Assembly (NCBI GenBank): GCA_011390365.1
Contig: JAABSM010000010.1
Coordinates: 2,714-66,713, forward strand
Origin: Gammaproteobacteria bacterium
GTDB lineage: Bacteria; Pseudomonadota; Gammaproteobacteria; Chromatiales; Chromatiaceae
DNA length: 64,000 nt
Reading direction: 5' to 3'
This document shows positions 55,995 through 64,000 of the stretch, in pieces; the first letter of the stretch is position 1; every line of letters begins with the position of its first letter. The notes beneath the pieces were generated by a model, which did not search any database, was not told the DNA's origin, and saw only the letters and a program-made list of their open reading frames with translations. The position numbers and the translations under genes are program-made.

Positions 55995-58274
55995 CTATAC
56001 CCCAGTCTCTTTGCTGTAACCGTAGGATCCGTAGTACTCCTTGTGATAGTAACCGAGGTAACGGTAGCGACCATAGCCCTTGTTCTTGGTGGTGATCGGC
56101 ATGGAGTTGAGGACGCCGCCGATGATATGCGCGTTCGCCTTTTGGAGCCGCTTGATGCCGTCGCGTACCAGCGGTGAAGGGGTGCTTGCGGCCTTGATGA
56201 CATAGACAACGCCGCTGACGTGGGATGAGAGCACCAATGCGTCGCTGACCGCCAGGGTCGGGGCGCTGTCGATGATGATGTAGTCGAAGGTATTGCTCAG
56301 GCCGGTGATGGATGCGGCGAAGCGCTTCGAGGAGAGCAGCTCCAGGGGGTTGGGCGGTACCGCCCCGGACGGCATGACGTAGACCTTGCTGTCCTCGATG
56401 GCGTGTACGCACTCTCCCAGCTTGGCGGTCTGGGATACGAACTCGGATAGTCCCTTGGTTTCCTTGGCCAGTCCCCAGTGCTTGGCGACGGTGGGGCGGC
56501 GCATGTCGGCGTCGATCAGTAGTACCTTCTCCATGTCGCCGATGGAGTTTGCCAGATTCATGGCAACCGTGCTCTTGCCCTCGCCGGGGATGCTGGATGT
56601 GACCAGAATGACTTTCTTGGGGTTGTCGAGTCCCGATAGTAGTACGCCGGTACGCATGGTTCTGATCGACTCGGCGAAAAAAGAGTTGGGGTTGTCGCGG
56701 GCGTGGTCCAGGGGGGTTTCCTTGCGACGTTTCTTGAGGCGAATATGGGGAATGGCGCCAAGGGAAGAGATGCGCAGCTTCTCTTCGATCTCTTTCGGCC
56801 CTTTCAGGGTCTTGTCCATGAGCTCGAGCAGAAAGGCAAGCGCCAGCCCGATCGCCAGCCCGATCAGGGTTCCGGTGGAAGTGATCTTTTTCTTGTTCGG
56901 ATAGATGGGGCCGAGGCTTGGAGCTGCGGGGTCGACGACGCGAGCAGTCACCTTTTCCAGGTCGCTCGCTTCCTTGGTCTCCTTGAAGCGGCTGAGAAAG
57001 CGGTCATAGAGCTGGCGATTGGTCTCCACCTCTCTTTCGAGCACCGATAGCTCGTGACTCTTTCGGTTGAGCTGCTGGATCTCGTCGGTGGCCGCATTGA
57101 CCTGGCGGCGCAGGTTGGCGACGTTGGCGTTGGCGATCTTGTACTCCTCCTCCAGGCCGGCGAGGATGAGATCCAGTCGCGCACGCACGCTTTCCTGGGC
57201 AGACTCCAGATTGCTTTCGGCCTCTACCATCTTGGGGTGCTTCGGGCCGTATCGTTTGGAGTAGGCCTCTACCGTCTGTTGCGCCTCCCCTTCTCGTTGA
57301 CGGAGGCTGGCGAAGGTTCCATCCTCCATGATCGCCGGGACGGAATTGAGGCGTTCGATCGAGGCGTGGCTGAAACCCCGGATCTGCTCCAGCGACATGC
57401 GAATCTGATTTCGCCTTTTTTCTGCCTCGTTGAGTTGCGTGCTAGCGGATTCCAGGCGTTGGCCGGTGAGGGTGGAGGAGCCGTTGATGGCGACGATGTC
57501 CTCCTTTTCCCGATAGTCCTGAAGAGCCGTCTCCGACTCACGCAGTTTCTCCCGCAAGCCTGATAGACGCTCCATGAGCCAGGTGTTGGCCTTGCTCGTC
57601 ATCTGCAGTCGTGCCTCCAGTTCGCTCTCGATGTAGACCTCGGCCAAGGCGTTGGGAACTCGGGCGGCTAGATGGCGATCAGGGGATCGGTAGGAGATGT
57701 GGATCAGTTTGGACTTTCCCTGTTGGGTGGTAACCGTAAGTCCTCCGCGAAACCTGTTAATGGCGCCGAGCTTGATGACCTCCGTACGGCTTGGATGGTC
57801 GTATTCCGCCGGTCTCCAACCCAGCACCTGCAATTGCTCTTTGAGCTGTTCCACCACCAATTCCCGGATTTCGCCGATCATGCTGCTCGGCCTGGGCTCT
57901 GACTCGGGCTCTGTTTGCTCGGTCGGGAGTTCGGGAGTCATGTCGAGCCGCTCCATCACCTTCTCAGCGAGGGATTGGGAGTTTAATATGTCGATTTGGG
58001 TAGCGTGATAGCTTTTGGAGTCCGTGGCGTAGACGTCCTGGATATTGATGATTCTCCCCTGCATGGGTTCTTCCAGGAGGAGGGTGGCGGTGGACTGGTA
58101 GATAGGTGTCTTTGACGAGGCGATGAACATCGCCCACAGGGTGCCGAACAGCGCCAGACCGAGTATGCTCCACTTGTGTTTCCACGCGAGCCTGACGTAC
58201 TCGAGGAGATCAATCTGGTCCCTCTCTTCCTCGGAGGTTTCCGTCAGGTTCTGAAAGTCACGGAAATCATTCAT
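55995..58274 (-). CDS. polysaccharide co-polymerase / tyrosine autokinase, Wzc (fused BY-kinase) type
   Basis: 759 aa. Wzz-like N-domain with 2 TMs and long coiled coil. Kinase domain VTSSIPGEGKST (Walker A), LLIDADMRRP, IIIDSAP. C-terminal Tyr cluster GYGRYRYLGYYHKEYYGSYGY. Confidence 0.9.
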   Translation of the reverse strand: MNDFRDFQNLTETSEEERDQIDLLEYVRLAWKHKWSILGLALFGTLWAMFIASSKTPIYQSTATLLLEEPMQGRIINIQDVYATDSKSYHATQIDILNSQSLAEKVMERLDMTPELPTEQTEPESEPRPSSMIGEIRELVVEQLKEQLQVLGWRPAEYDHPSRTEVIKLGAINRFRGGLTVTTQQGKSKLIHISYRSPDRHLAARVPNALAEVYIESELEARLQMTSKANTWLMERLSGLREKLRESETALQDYREKEDIVAINGSSTLTGQRLESASTQLNEAEKRRNQIRMSLEQIRGFSHASIERLNSVPAIMEDGTFASLRQREGEAQQTVEAYSKRYGPKHPKMVEAESNLESAQESVRARLDLILAGLEEEYKIANANVANLRRQVNAATDEIQQLNRKSHELSVLEREVETNRQLYDRFLSRFKETKEASDLEKVTARVVDPAAPSLGPIYPNKKKITSTGTLIGLAIGLALAFLLELMDKTLKGPKEIEEKLRISSLGAIPHIRLKKRRKETPLDHARDNPNSFFAESIRTMRTGVLLSGLDNPKKVILVTSSIPGEGKSTVAMNLANSIGDMEKVLLIDADMRRPTVAKHWGLAKETKGLSEFVSQTAKLGECVHAIEDSKVYVMPSGAVPPNPLELLSSKRFAASITGLSNTFDYIIIDSAPTLAVSDALVLSSHVSGVVYVIKAASTPSPLVRDGIKRLQKANAHIIGGVLNSMPITTKNKGYGRYRYLGYYHKEYYGSYGYSKETGV

Positions 58275-58374
58275 CTTGCGATCCTTTTACCCATTACTGT
58301 TTGCGGCCTCGCGCGAGCGGTCGAGCGACCGCACGGAGGGCCGTATTCGTTTCGTCCTTGAAACTTCCGCGAAT

Positions 58375-59058
58375 TCAGATGGCGCTCCAAATCGTCCATA
58401 CTCCGAAGCCGAAAATGATCACCCCGGCGACCCTCTGGGCGATGGTCGAGCGGGCCAGGTGCGCCGCCGCACCGGCAAGCAGGCCCATGCCCACCAGGTT
58501 GGGAAGCGTGCCCAGACCAAACGCCAGCATAATCCCGGCTCCCCCCGCCGGCGAACCGGCGGCTACGGCGTTGGCGAGCATGGCGTAAACCAGACCACAC
58601 GGGATCCAGCCCCACACCGCGCCGACAATAAACGCCCCTCGAGGATTGTTAATCGGCAGCAATCGTCGGGCCCGGGGTTCCAGTCGCTTCCAGATCCCAT
58701 TGCCCAGCCTTTCTGTTACCCCTAGTATACGCCACCACCCGCCAATATAGAGCCCCAGCAGCAGCATGAACACGCCGGCGGCGGCGAGCAGCGCCCGTTG
58801 CGCCACATACACCGGCATGATGCCGGCGAGTAACATCCCGATGCCGCCCATCACCGCACCGGCGATGATATAGCTTAGGATACGCCCAGAATTATACGCG
58901 ATATGGAAGGGCAGTTGGGTGAAAAAATGCATCCGTCGCTTTGACGGGATTCCTAACGTCAAGGTTCCGACGATGCCGCCGCACATGCCGATACAATGCA
59001 CCCCGCCGAAGAGGCCGCTGGCGAAGGCGGCGAGATAGGGAAGCCATTGACCGTCCAA
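58375..59058 (-). CDS. TauE/SafE- or DsbD_2-like membrane protein
   Basis: 227 aa, 6-7 TM helices. N-terminal GGVHCIGMCGG motif, typical of proteins annotated as sulfite exporter TauE/SafE family. Confidence 0.6.
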   Translation of the reverse strand: MDGQWLPYLAAFASGLFGGVHCIGMCGGIVGTLTLGIPSKRRMHFFTQLPFHIAYNSGRILSYIIAGAVMGGIGMLLAGIMPVYVAQRALLAAAGVFMLLLGLYIGGWWRILGVTERLGNGIWKRLEPRARRLLPINNPRGAFIVGAVWGWIPCGLVYAMLANAVAAGSPAGGAGIMLAFGLGTLPNLVGMGLLAGAAAHLARSTIAQRVAGVIIFGFGVWTIWSAI

Positions 59059-59065
59059 CGCCGCG

Positions 59066-60625
59066 CTAAACCCCGCCGTGATGTCGCTTTTGCAGGCCCC
59101 AGATCAGCAACGCGATGGGCAGGCCGAGGATGGCGGTGCCGATGAAGAAGTTGCTGTAGCCGAGATTGTCAATGATGGCCCCGGAGTAGCCGCCGAGAAT
59201 CTTGGGAAAAAGGGTCATGAGCGAACTGAAGACCGCGTACTGAAAGGCGGTAAAGGAGATATTGGTTAGCCCTGAAAGATAAGCCACGAAGGCGGCGCTG
59301 GCAAGCCCCGCGCTGAGATTGTCGGCGGCGATGACCAGCGTCAGCAGCCAGCCCGAGGGTTCGCTGTTGGCGAGCAGCACGAACAGCAGGTTGGTCAGTG
59401 AGGAGAGCAGGGCGCCGAGCAACAGGATGGGCATCACGCCGAAACGCAGCGCCAGCCCCCCGCCCAGGAACCCGCCGGCGAGGGTCATGAACAGGCCGAA
59501 GGTCTTGGCGATATTGGCGATCTGGTCCTTGGTGTAACCCATCTCCGTGTAGAAGACGTTGGATACGACCCCGAGGACGATATCGGAGACCCGATAGAAA
59601 CCCACCAGCAGCAGGATCATCAACGCCAGCTTGCCGTAGCGGGTAAAGAAGTCGCTGGCGGGTTCGATATAGGTGCGGCTGAACAGGCCCGCCTCTAGCA
59701 GTCCCGCGGCGACGGCGATCCTGCCCGCCGCGATCGCGGCGACCACCGCCAGCCCCAGGCGCAGGCTCTCCCCGATCAGGCCGGAGAAGCCTTCGCCGAG
59801 AAGGGGCGCCAGGGAGGATTTGACGCCCTCCGCGGCGGCGCCAAAGCCCATGAAGCCGCCTACGAAGGCGATCACGGCGATCACGAACAGGGTCAGAAAG
59901 CGGGCGTATTCGCTGGGCTCCAGGAGGTGGCGATCCGCCTTGGGTTCGTTTTCGGGTTCCCGGGCGAGCAGGGTGGTGATGATGCCGATCGCCATCGCCG
60001 CCGCCATCCACAGGTAGGCGGAGCGCCAGGCCCCATAGTCGTAGCCATCGCCGCTGGCGAAGGCCGCCGCCAGCTTCAACGCCCCGGCCCCGGCCGCCAG
60101 CATGCCGATGCGGTAGCCGGCGATATAGGCGGATGACATCAGCGCCTGCAATTTGGGCGGCGCGGATTCGATGCGAAAGGCGTCGATGACGATATCCTGG
60201 GTGGCGGAGGAGAAGCCCAGTACGGTCGCCGCCACCGCCATCAGGTAGAGATGCTCGGCCGGATCGATCAGCGCCATCGCCGCGATCGCGGCGATGATCG
60301 CCAGCTGGGCGGTGAGCAGCCAGCCGCGGCGACGCCCCAGGCGGCGCGTCAGCCACGGCAGCGGCAGTTGGTCGATCAGCGGCGCCCACACGAACTTGAA
60401 GGAGTAGCCCAGCGCCGCCCAGCTGAACAGGGTCACGGACGAGCGCTCCACCCCCGCCTCGGTGAGCCAGATCGACAGCGAAGAGAAGATCAGCAACAAC
60501 GGCAGCCCGGCGGAAAAGCCGAGAAAACCCATGGTGATCACGCGCCGTTCACCATAGGCGCGCAGGATCTCCCGAAACCCCTCGGGTCCCTTGTCGCTCT
60601 CCGCTACCGGACTTTTTTCTTGCAT
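59066..60625 (-). CDS. ampG: AmpG family muropeptide MFS transporter
   Basis: ...[27 protein letters not shown]...[36 protein letters not shown]... is the AmpG signature. It has an extra central insertion giving 519 aa. Confidence 0.82.
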   Translation of the reverse strand: MQEKSPVAESDKGPEGFREILRAYGERRVITMGFLGFSAGLPLLLIFSSLSIWLTEAGVERSSVTLFSWAALGYSFKFVWAPLIDQLPLPWLTRRLGRRRGWLLTAQLAIIAAIAAMALIDPAEHLYLMAVAATVLGFSSATQDIVIDAFRIESAPPKLQALMSSAYIAGYRIGMLAAGAGALKLAAAFASGDGYDYGAWRSAYLWMAAAMAIGIITTLLAREPENEPKADRHLLEPSEYARFLTLFVIAVIAFVGGFMGFGAAAEGVKSSLAPLLGEGFSGLIGESLRLGLAVVAAIAAGRIAVAAGLLEAGLFSRTYIEPASDFFTRYGKLALMILLLVGFYRVSDIVLGVVSNVFYTEMGYTKDQIANIAKTFGLFMTLAGGFLGGGLALRFGVMPILLLGALLSSLTNLLFVLLANSEPSGWLLTLVIAADNLSAGLASAAFVAYLSGLTNISFTAFQYAVFSSLMTLFPKILGGYSGAIIDNLGYSNFFIGTAILGLPIALLIWGLQKRHHGGV

Positions 60626-60675
60626 CCGCTCTCGCTCCTTATCAGAATGCGGGGTTCCTTTGGTGGAGGTCCATT

Positions 60676-61320
60676 ATGCAGGATTACAAGCGAGAATTCC
60701 TCTCCGTCGCCCTTGATCGGGGCGCCTTGCGTTTCGGCGCGTTTACCCTCAAATCGGGCAGGTCCAGCCCCTACTTCTTCAATGCCGGCCTGCTCAACAA
60801 CGGCAGCGCGCTGGCGGCCCTGGGCCGCGCCTATGCCCGTGCCATCGTCGCCAGCGGGATCGCCTTTGACCTGATCTACGGCCCCGCCTACAAGGGTATC
60901 CCCCTGGCAGCCCTGACCGCCGCCGCATTGTACACCGAACATGGTATCGACAAACCCTATGCCTTCAATCGCAAGGAGGCCAAGGACCATGGCGAAGGGG
61001 GCAGTATCGTCGGTCATCCCCTGGAAGGCCGGGTGCTGGTGATCGATGACGTCATCACCGCCGGCACCGCGATACGTGAGGCGATGGAGATCATTCGCAC
61101 CAATGGCGCCCAGCCGTGCGGCGTGGCGGTCGCCCTGGATCGACAGGAGCGGGGCCAGGGCGCGCTTTCAGCGATCCAGGAGATCGAGCGGGATTATGCC
61201 GTCCCGGTGCATGCCATCGTGCGCCTCGACGACCTGATCGGTTACCTCTCCGGAGAGGGCGACGCCATGGTCGAAACCCTTGATCAGGTTCAGGCCTATC
61301 GGGCGCGATACGGGGTGTGA
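60676..61320 (+). CDS. pyrE: orotate phosphoribosyltransferase
   Basis: [38 protein letters not shown]...YKGIPLA...[16 protein letters not shown] (PRPP loop). Confidence 0.95.
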   Translation: MQDYKREFLSVALDRGALRFGAFTLKSGRSSPYFFNAGLLNNGSALAALGRAYARAIVASGIAFDLIYGPAYKGIPLAALTAAALYTEHGIDKPYAFNRKEAKDHGEGGSIVGHPLEGRVLVIDDVITAGTAIREAMEIIRTNGAQPCGVAVALDRQERGQGALSAIQEIERDYAVPVHAIVRLDDLIGYLSGEGDAMVETLDQVQAYRARYGV

Positions 61321-61632
61321 GCGGCTGAAACACTTGAAGGGTTCGTTGTGTATTGCCGGGCGAGGTATGGTATATTCCGTCGATTAATTTTTGATTACGT
61401 CGCCGCTGGTCGCGGGGATCGGCCGCCTGCCACGCCCAGGCCGGGTTCACGCCACGGGCAAGTGGGCGGCGGATCTTGTGTTTCAAGCCGATGCCCACCA
61501 TCTGCGTTTGCTGGAATCGCGCAAAGTCCAGGGCGGCCCTCCCCGGGCCATGGGTTCCGGTCGTCGCGGAGGGTCGGGTTTGAATCGAAGCGGCGGGGCG
61601 CCCGCGGGTGCTTCGCGCCAGGAGAGTTCGTC

Positions 61633-62517
61633 ATGAAAGAAGAGTTCGAGGTTCCGTTCAGGAGCGACATGGTACCGGCCAAGCTGGAGCTGGGCTCGCG
61701 GATTCAATTCCGTTGTCACAAGGGCATCTCCTGCTTCAACGCCTGTTGCAAGCAGGCGGATATCACCCTCACCCCCTATGACGTGCTGCGCCTCAAGGAG
61801 CACCTCGGGATGAGCTCCACCGACTTCCTCAAGGCCCACACCGTGCCGTTTCAGATGGATCAGGATGGTCTCCCCGGCATCAAGCTGCGTACCGACGAGG
61901 ACGGCGCCTGCCTGTTCGTGACCGAGGAGGGGTGCAGCGTCTACAAGGATCGCCCCACCGCCTGCCGCTATTATCCGGTTGGGCACATGGCGATGCGCCG
62001 CGCCGGCGTCTCCGAGGACGAGACCCACTACTTCCTGGTTACCGAAGCGCATTGCAAGGGCCATGAAGAGGAGCGGGAGCTGACCATCCAGGAGTATCTT
62101 GGTGAGCAGGAGATCGCCGCCTATGCCAACCACAATCGCGAGTGGCTTCAGATCATGCTCAAGAAGCGTTCCGCCGGACCCTCGGTAGGGCGGCCGCCGG
62201 AGAGCAGTTTGCAGTTCTTTTTCATGTGCTCTTATGATATCGACCGTTTCCGTCGGTTTGTTCTCAGCGACAACTTCCGCAATACCTATGATCTGGAGGA
62301 CGCCGTCTACAAGACCTTCGAGAACGAGGATCTGCCGCTGCTGCAATTCGGCTACAAGCTGATGCGTCAGGTCTTCTTCGGCGAGCGTTCGATCCCGGAA
62401 AAGGATGACGCCTGGTCCAAACGGGTCGAGGAGCGCCAGGAGGTGTGGGAGGCGCGCCGCCAGATCGAGATCGCCCGCAAGCAGCAGGAAGAGGATGAAC
62501 GGTACAAGAAGGTATGA
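61633..62517 (+). CDS. YkgJ/UPF0153-family cysteine-cluster (putative Fe-S/zinc) protein
   Basis: ...RCHKGISCFNACC...DGACLFVTEEGCSVYKDRPTACRYYP... is the CxxCxxCC...C cluster pattern of the YkgJ family. ATG 61633 follows GGAGAG. The ORF track extension from 61348 was rejected. Confidence 0.72.
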   Translation: MKEEFEVPFRSDMVPAKLELGSRIQFRCHKGISCFNACCKQADITLTPYDVLRLKEHLGMSSTDFLKAHTVPFQMDQDGLPGIKLRTDEDGACLFVTEEGCSVYKDRPTACRYYPVGHMAMRRAGVSEDETHYFLVTEAHCKGHEEERELTIQEYLGEQEIAAYANHNREWLQIMLKKRSAGPSVGRPPESSLQFFFMCSYDIDRFRRFVLSDNFRNTYDLEDAVYKTFENEDLPLLQFGYKLMRQVFFGERSIPEKDDAWSKRVEERQEVWEARRQIEIARKQQEEDERYKKV

Positions 62518-62681
62518 ATCCGACCCGGGCGCCAGCCTTTCGGCGCCTGGGACGACGTTCGCGGAGAAAATTGTCGACTCGATCGGCAAGCAAGGGTCCC
62601 AGGAGAGTGAAATTGGGCTATAATCCTTTTTATTTTGGTTCGTTATAGCGACTTTCTAAGGCGGCATCAGAGGAACGGGCG

Positions 62682-64000
62682 ATGGCCAAGACAAAACTCG
62701 AACGGCAGGTGGATTCCTACGAGCAGTGGAAAAGCCAGCTGATTCAGACCGTAGACCAGTATCGCACCTGGCTCAAGAAGTCCCGCCTCGGCACCCCCGC
62801 GGCCGAGAAGCAGATCAGCGAATGTCTCTCGGCCCTCGATAGCGAACACCTCAGCATCACCTTCGTCGCCGAATTCTCCCGCGGCAAGACGGAGCTGATC
62901 AACGCCATCTTCTTCGCTGACTATGGCCGCCGTCTGCTCCCCTCCACCGCCGGGCGCACCACCATGTGCCCCACCGAGATGTTCTGGGACAAGAAGCGGG
63001 GCGAATCCTACATTCGTCTGCTGCCCATCGAGACCCGTCTTACCGACACCTCCCTCGCCGAGTACAAGAAGGACTTCTCCAAGTGGAAGAGCACCAAACT
63101 CAATCCCGACTCGGCGGATCAGATCGAGGCGACGCTCAAAGAGGTGGTCGCCACCCGTCGCGCGCCCCGAGAAGAGGCGATTCGTCTCGGCCTCTACGAC
63201 GAAGAGCTCTACGCCAACGAAAAGAATCCGCCGCAACAGGTGGATATCCCCAAGTGGCGTCACGCCATCATCAGCTTTCCGCACCACCTGCTGCAAAAGG
63301 GCCTCTCCATCCTCGATACGCCGGGCCTCAACGCCCTCGGCAGCGAGCCGGAGCTGACCCTCAACATGCTACCCTCCTCCCAGGCGATCCTGTTCCTGCT
63401 GGCGGCGGATACCGGCGTCACCAAGTCGGACCTGGAGATGTGGCAGAGCCACATTCGCAACTTCCACAGCAACCGCAAGAAGGGGCTGATGGTGGTGCTC
63501 AACAAGATCGACACCCTGTGGGACGAGCTCTCCAGCGTCTCTGCGGTGGAGGCGATGGTCCAGCGCCAGGTGGAGACCACCGCCAAGATCCTCGGCGTCG
63601 ACCAGAAGGCGATCTTCCCGGTCAGCGCCCAGAAGGGGTTGTTGGCCAAGATCCGTCGCGACGAAAAGCTGCTCATCAAGAGCCGCCTCAGCTCGCTGGA
63701 GGATTACCTGTCCAGCGACATCCTCGAATCCCGCCAACGCATCGTCCAGGAGACCATCATCTCCGGCATCGGCAACATGGTCGAGAACAGCTACGGCATC
63801 GTCGCCTCCAAGCTCAATCGGGTCAAGACCCAGATCGACGAGCTCAAACAGCTTAGCGGCAAGAGCAACGATGTCATCGAACACATGATGAAGGAGACCC
63901 GCCGCGAGCAGGCCTCCTACATGAAGAACGTCAACAGCTTTCAGGCCAGCCACAAGGTGTTGCAGGAGCAATCGGCGGTATTGCGCAACACCCTCGACCT
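62682..64000 (+). CDS. bacterial dynamin-like GTPase, N-terminal ~439 codons (runs off window)
   Basis: Frame open from ATG 62682 to 64000. ...ITFVAEFSRGKTELINAIFF (G1), ...GRTTMCPTE (G2 Thr), ILDTPGLNA (G3), VLNKID (G4), then long helical stalk. Confidence 0.82.
   Translation, partial: MAKTKLERQVDSYEQWKSQLIQTVDQYRTWLKKSRLGTPAAEKQISECLSALDSEHLSITFVAEFSRGKTELINAIFFADYGRRLLPSTAGRTTMCPTEMFWDKKRGESYIRLLPIETRLTDTSLAEYKKDFSKWKSTKLNPDSADQIEATLKEVVATRRAPREEAIRLGLYDEELYANEKNPPQQVDIPKWRHAIISFPHHLLQKGLSILDTPGLNALGSEPELTLNMLPSSQAILFLLAADTGVTKSDLEMWQSHIRNFHSNRKKGLMVVLNKIDTLWDELSSVSAVEAMVQRQVETTAKILGVDQKAIFPVSAQKGLLAKIRRDEKLLIKSRLSSLEDYLSSDILESRQRIVQETIISGIGNMVENSYGIVASKLNRVKTQIDELKQLSGKSNDVIEHMMKETRREQASYMKNVNSFQASHKVLQEQSAVLRNTLD

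Noticed and set aside
61321-61632. 312-nt GC-rich spacer before the YkgJ-like gene, considered as a riboswitch or ncRNA (TATATT -10-like box at about 61368)
   Set aside because: I could not match it to any riboswitch, 6S, SRP, RNase P or tmRNA consensus that I know. The promoter-like hexamers have poor spacing (12 or 19 nt). It remains an unexplained leader only.

Overview
GC-rich (about 60-65% by hand count of sample lines) gammaproteobacterial chromosome segment. It is probably from a sulfur-oxidising, Chromatiales-like organism. The housekeeping set is E. coli-like (purL, uvrD, bamD, msbA, glk, nudE, mltF, sprT, rnd, ppk2, speD, gltX, ampG, pyrE), and there is a Gly/Tyr-rich sulfur-globule-type envelope protein. 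About 50 protein genes are supportable. I saw no rRNA, tRNA, CRISPR array, transposase or integrase. All domain calls rest on motif recognition from the translations; no searches were run.

The main accessory region is a lower-GC island at about 35.0-50.3 kb, between acuI and gltX. Two type IV pilin genes there each have a canonical sigma54 promoter and share a 29-nt upstream element. They are interleaved with three paralogous GT-C/TPR (TMTC/PMT_2-like) membrane glycosyltransferases, a Dpm1-like GT2, a SAM methyltransferase, a flippase-like UPF0104 protein and two TPR-sulfotransferases. One sulfotransferase is split by a frameshift inside a poly-G tract. I read this as a candidate multi-enzyme pilin glycosylation and sulfation system with a possible phase-variable switch. 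A DprE1/DprE2-type polyprenyl-phospho-arabinose epimerase pair about 18 kb away may feed it.

Other notable signals:
- A ~222-bp MITE family in four copies with 10-bp target duplications. One copy supplies the stop codon of nudE.
- REP-like palindromes embedded in-frame in purL.
- Two families of 9-nt-periodic intergenic repeat arrays.
- A C10 tract in a gene next to a Wzc/PHP-phosphatase pair.
- Several gene relics.
- A dynamin-like GTPase running off the right edge.
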